Below are positions 25,689 to 26,576 of a stretch of 26,576 nucleotides of DNA, in pieces. Origin of the DNA: Clostridia bacterium (lineage in GTDB: Bacteria > Bacillota > Clostridia > UMGS1840 > HGM11507); NCBI GenBank assembly GCA_045539675.1, contig JAZQFU010000167.1, forward strand, positions 1 through 26,576, read 5' to 3'. The notes beneath the pieces are model-generated. The model was not told the origin of the DNA and made no database searches. It saw nothing but the letters and a program-made list of their open reading frames with translations. A program made the position numbers and the translations under genes. The first letter of the stretch is position 1, and every line of letters starts with the position of its first letter.

Positions 25689-26576
25689 TTATTTCAGATA
25701 TATAAATTCCTCGGGAATAAGGGTGAAGGGATTTCCGCCCTTAAAGGGAATCTCTCCGTATATGGCAGCAACAAGTGCTCTCTGGGTTTCTTCGAAGAAA
25801 TTATAACAGTTTATAAAGGTATGGAAATTAAAGAAATGGTCGAAATAAAGATATGGAGTTCCCATGCTTATTCCGATTGATTTCTCGGAGCCGTGGAACA
25901 TAACGAAACTAAAACTTTCCTTTTCGTCCTCTCTGTAATAATTGTTAAGACCTCTCATAAGATATCCCACATATATTATCAGATCGCTGTTATTTGAAAT
26001 ATCCTCAATTTCGTCGTAGCTGTATAAATTACGCTTGAAATAGATTTCAGCACCTCTTTTATTGAATTCCTCCTTCATTACCTTCAGGCTTTCAATCTGC
26101 TCATCATCATAGGAAAGAATAATGGCAGTAACTCTTTTGATATATCTTTTATCAACAGGAAGAAGACTCTTTTTATTGGCAACCAGCGAAAGACTGTTTT
26201 CCGCAACCCTTGTATTTGCTCCCTTTACGTATTCGTTAACCTCTTTGACGTTATCGTCGGTATAGGTATAATCATCCTCAAACATACCCAGCTTTTCCTT
26301 CATTTCAAGAACACGCAGACAAGCATCGTCTATACGTTCAATTGATACTCTTCCTTCCTTTACCGCCTTTTCTATAACGTCTATATAATAATCCTTGGCA
26401 CCGAGTATCATATCGTTACCCGCATTGAGTGCCGCTATGTATACCTCTGCCTCATCGCAGTCAAATATATCCATAAGCCCCTTCATTGTGATTCCGTCTG
26501 TAACCACAACACCCTTAAAGCCCATTTCCCCTTTAAGAAGATCGGTGATTATTTTTTTTGAAACGGAGGTGGGAAT
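25689..26576 (-). CDS. GH3 glycosidase, C-terminal part (5'-truncated by the window edge); NagZ/beta-hexosaminidase-like sub-type possible
   Basis: The frame stays open from 26576: IPTSVSKKIITDLLKGEMGFKGVVVTDGITM (nucleophile TD.xxM), ALNAGNDMIL, RIDDACLRVLEMKEKLG, AENSLSLV, and C-terminal GTPY...ALVAAIYGEIPFKG. The diagnostic NagZ motif would lie outside the window. Confidence 0.82.
   Translation of the reverse strand: MPTSVSKKIITDLLKGEMGFKGVVVTDGITMKGLMDIFDCDEAEVYIAALNAGNDMILGAKDYYIDVIEKAVKEGRVSIERIDDACLRVLEMKEKLGMFEDDYTYTDDNVKEVNEYVKGANTRVAENSLSLVANKKSLLPVDKRYIKRVTAIILSYDDEQIESLKVMKEEFNKRGAEIYFKRNLYSYDEIEDISNNSDLIIYVGYLMRGLNNYYREDEKESFSFVMFHGSEKSIGISMGTPYLYFDHFFNFHTFINCYNFFEETQRALVAAIYGEIPFKGGNPFTLIPEEFIYLK

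Overview
Low-GC (roughly 40-45% by eye) Gram-positive anaerobe DNA, most likely Clostridia, given strong AGGAGG-type RBSs, SigA promoters and SLH/S-layer genes. The window has three parts. (1) Positions 1-420 are non-coding and built almost entirely of hairpins. They carry a short conserved repeat (TGAT[G/A/T]ATAT[A/G]CA) separated by variable self-complementary spacers and arranged in two inverted arms. A 133-bp part of this element occurs twice. (2) Positions 448-6935 hold an amidohydrolase transcribed divergently, from back-to-back SigA promoters, from a GH3 beta-glucosidase plus heterodimeric ABC-exporter operon. That operon ends in a bidirectional terminator. (3) Positions 7021-26576 are a tightly packed minus-strand cluster of about 19.5 kb that starts outside the window. 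In transcription order it encodes a GH3 glycosidase (partial), seven consecutive signal-peptide proteins, and a cytoplasmic nitrilase-family amidase with a CBM-like N-terminal domain. The seven secreted proteins are two non-catalytic modular proteins, an SLH protein, an S-layer-like protein, a lectin-like/Cu-amine-oxidase-N protein and two tandem PL15-like (DUF4962 + heparinase II/III) lyases. Several of them share uncharacterised modules, and no dockerin or cohesin is recognisable. The best candidates for a new system are this possible non-cellulosomal cell-surface lyase assembly and the repeat/hairpin element at the left end. All family calls come from motif recognition by eye; no database search was run.
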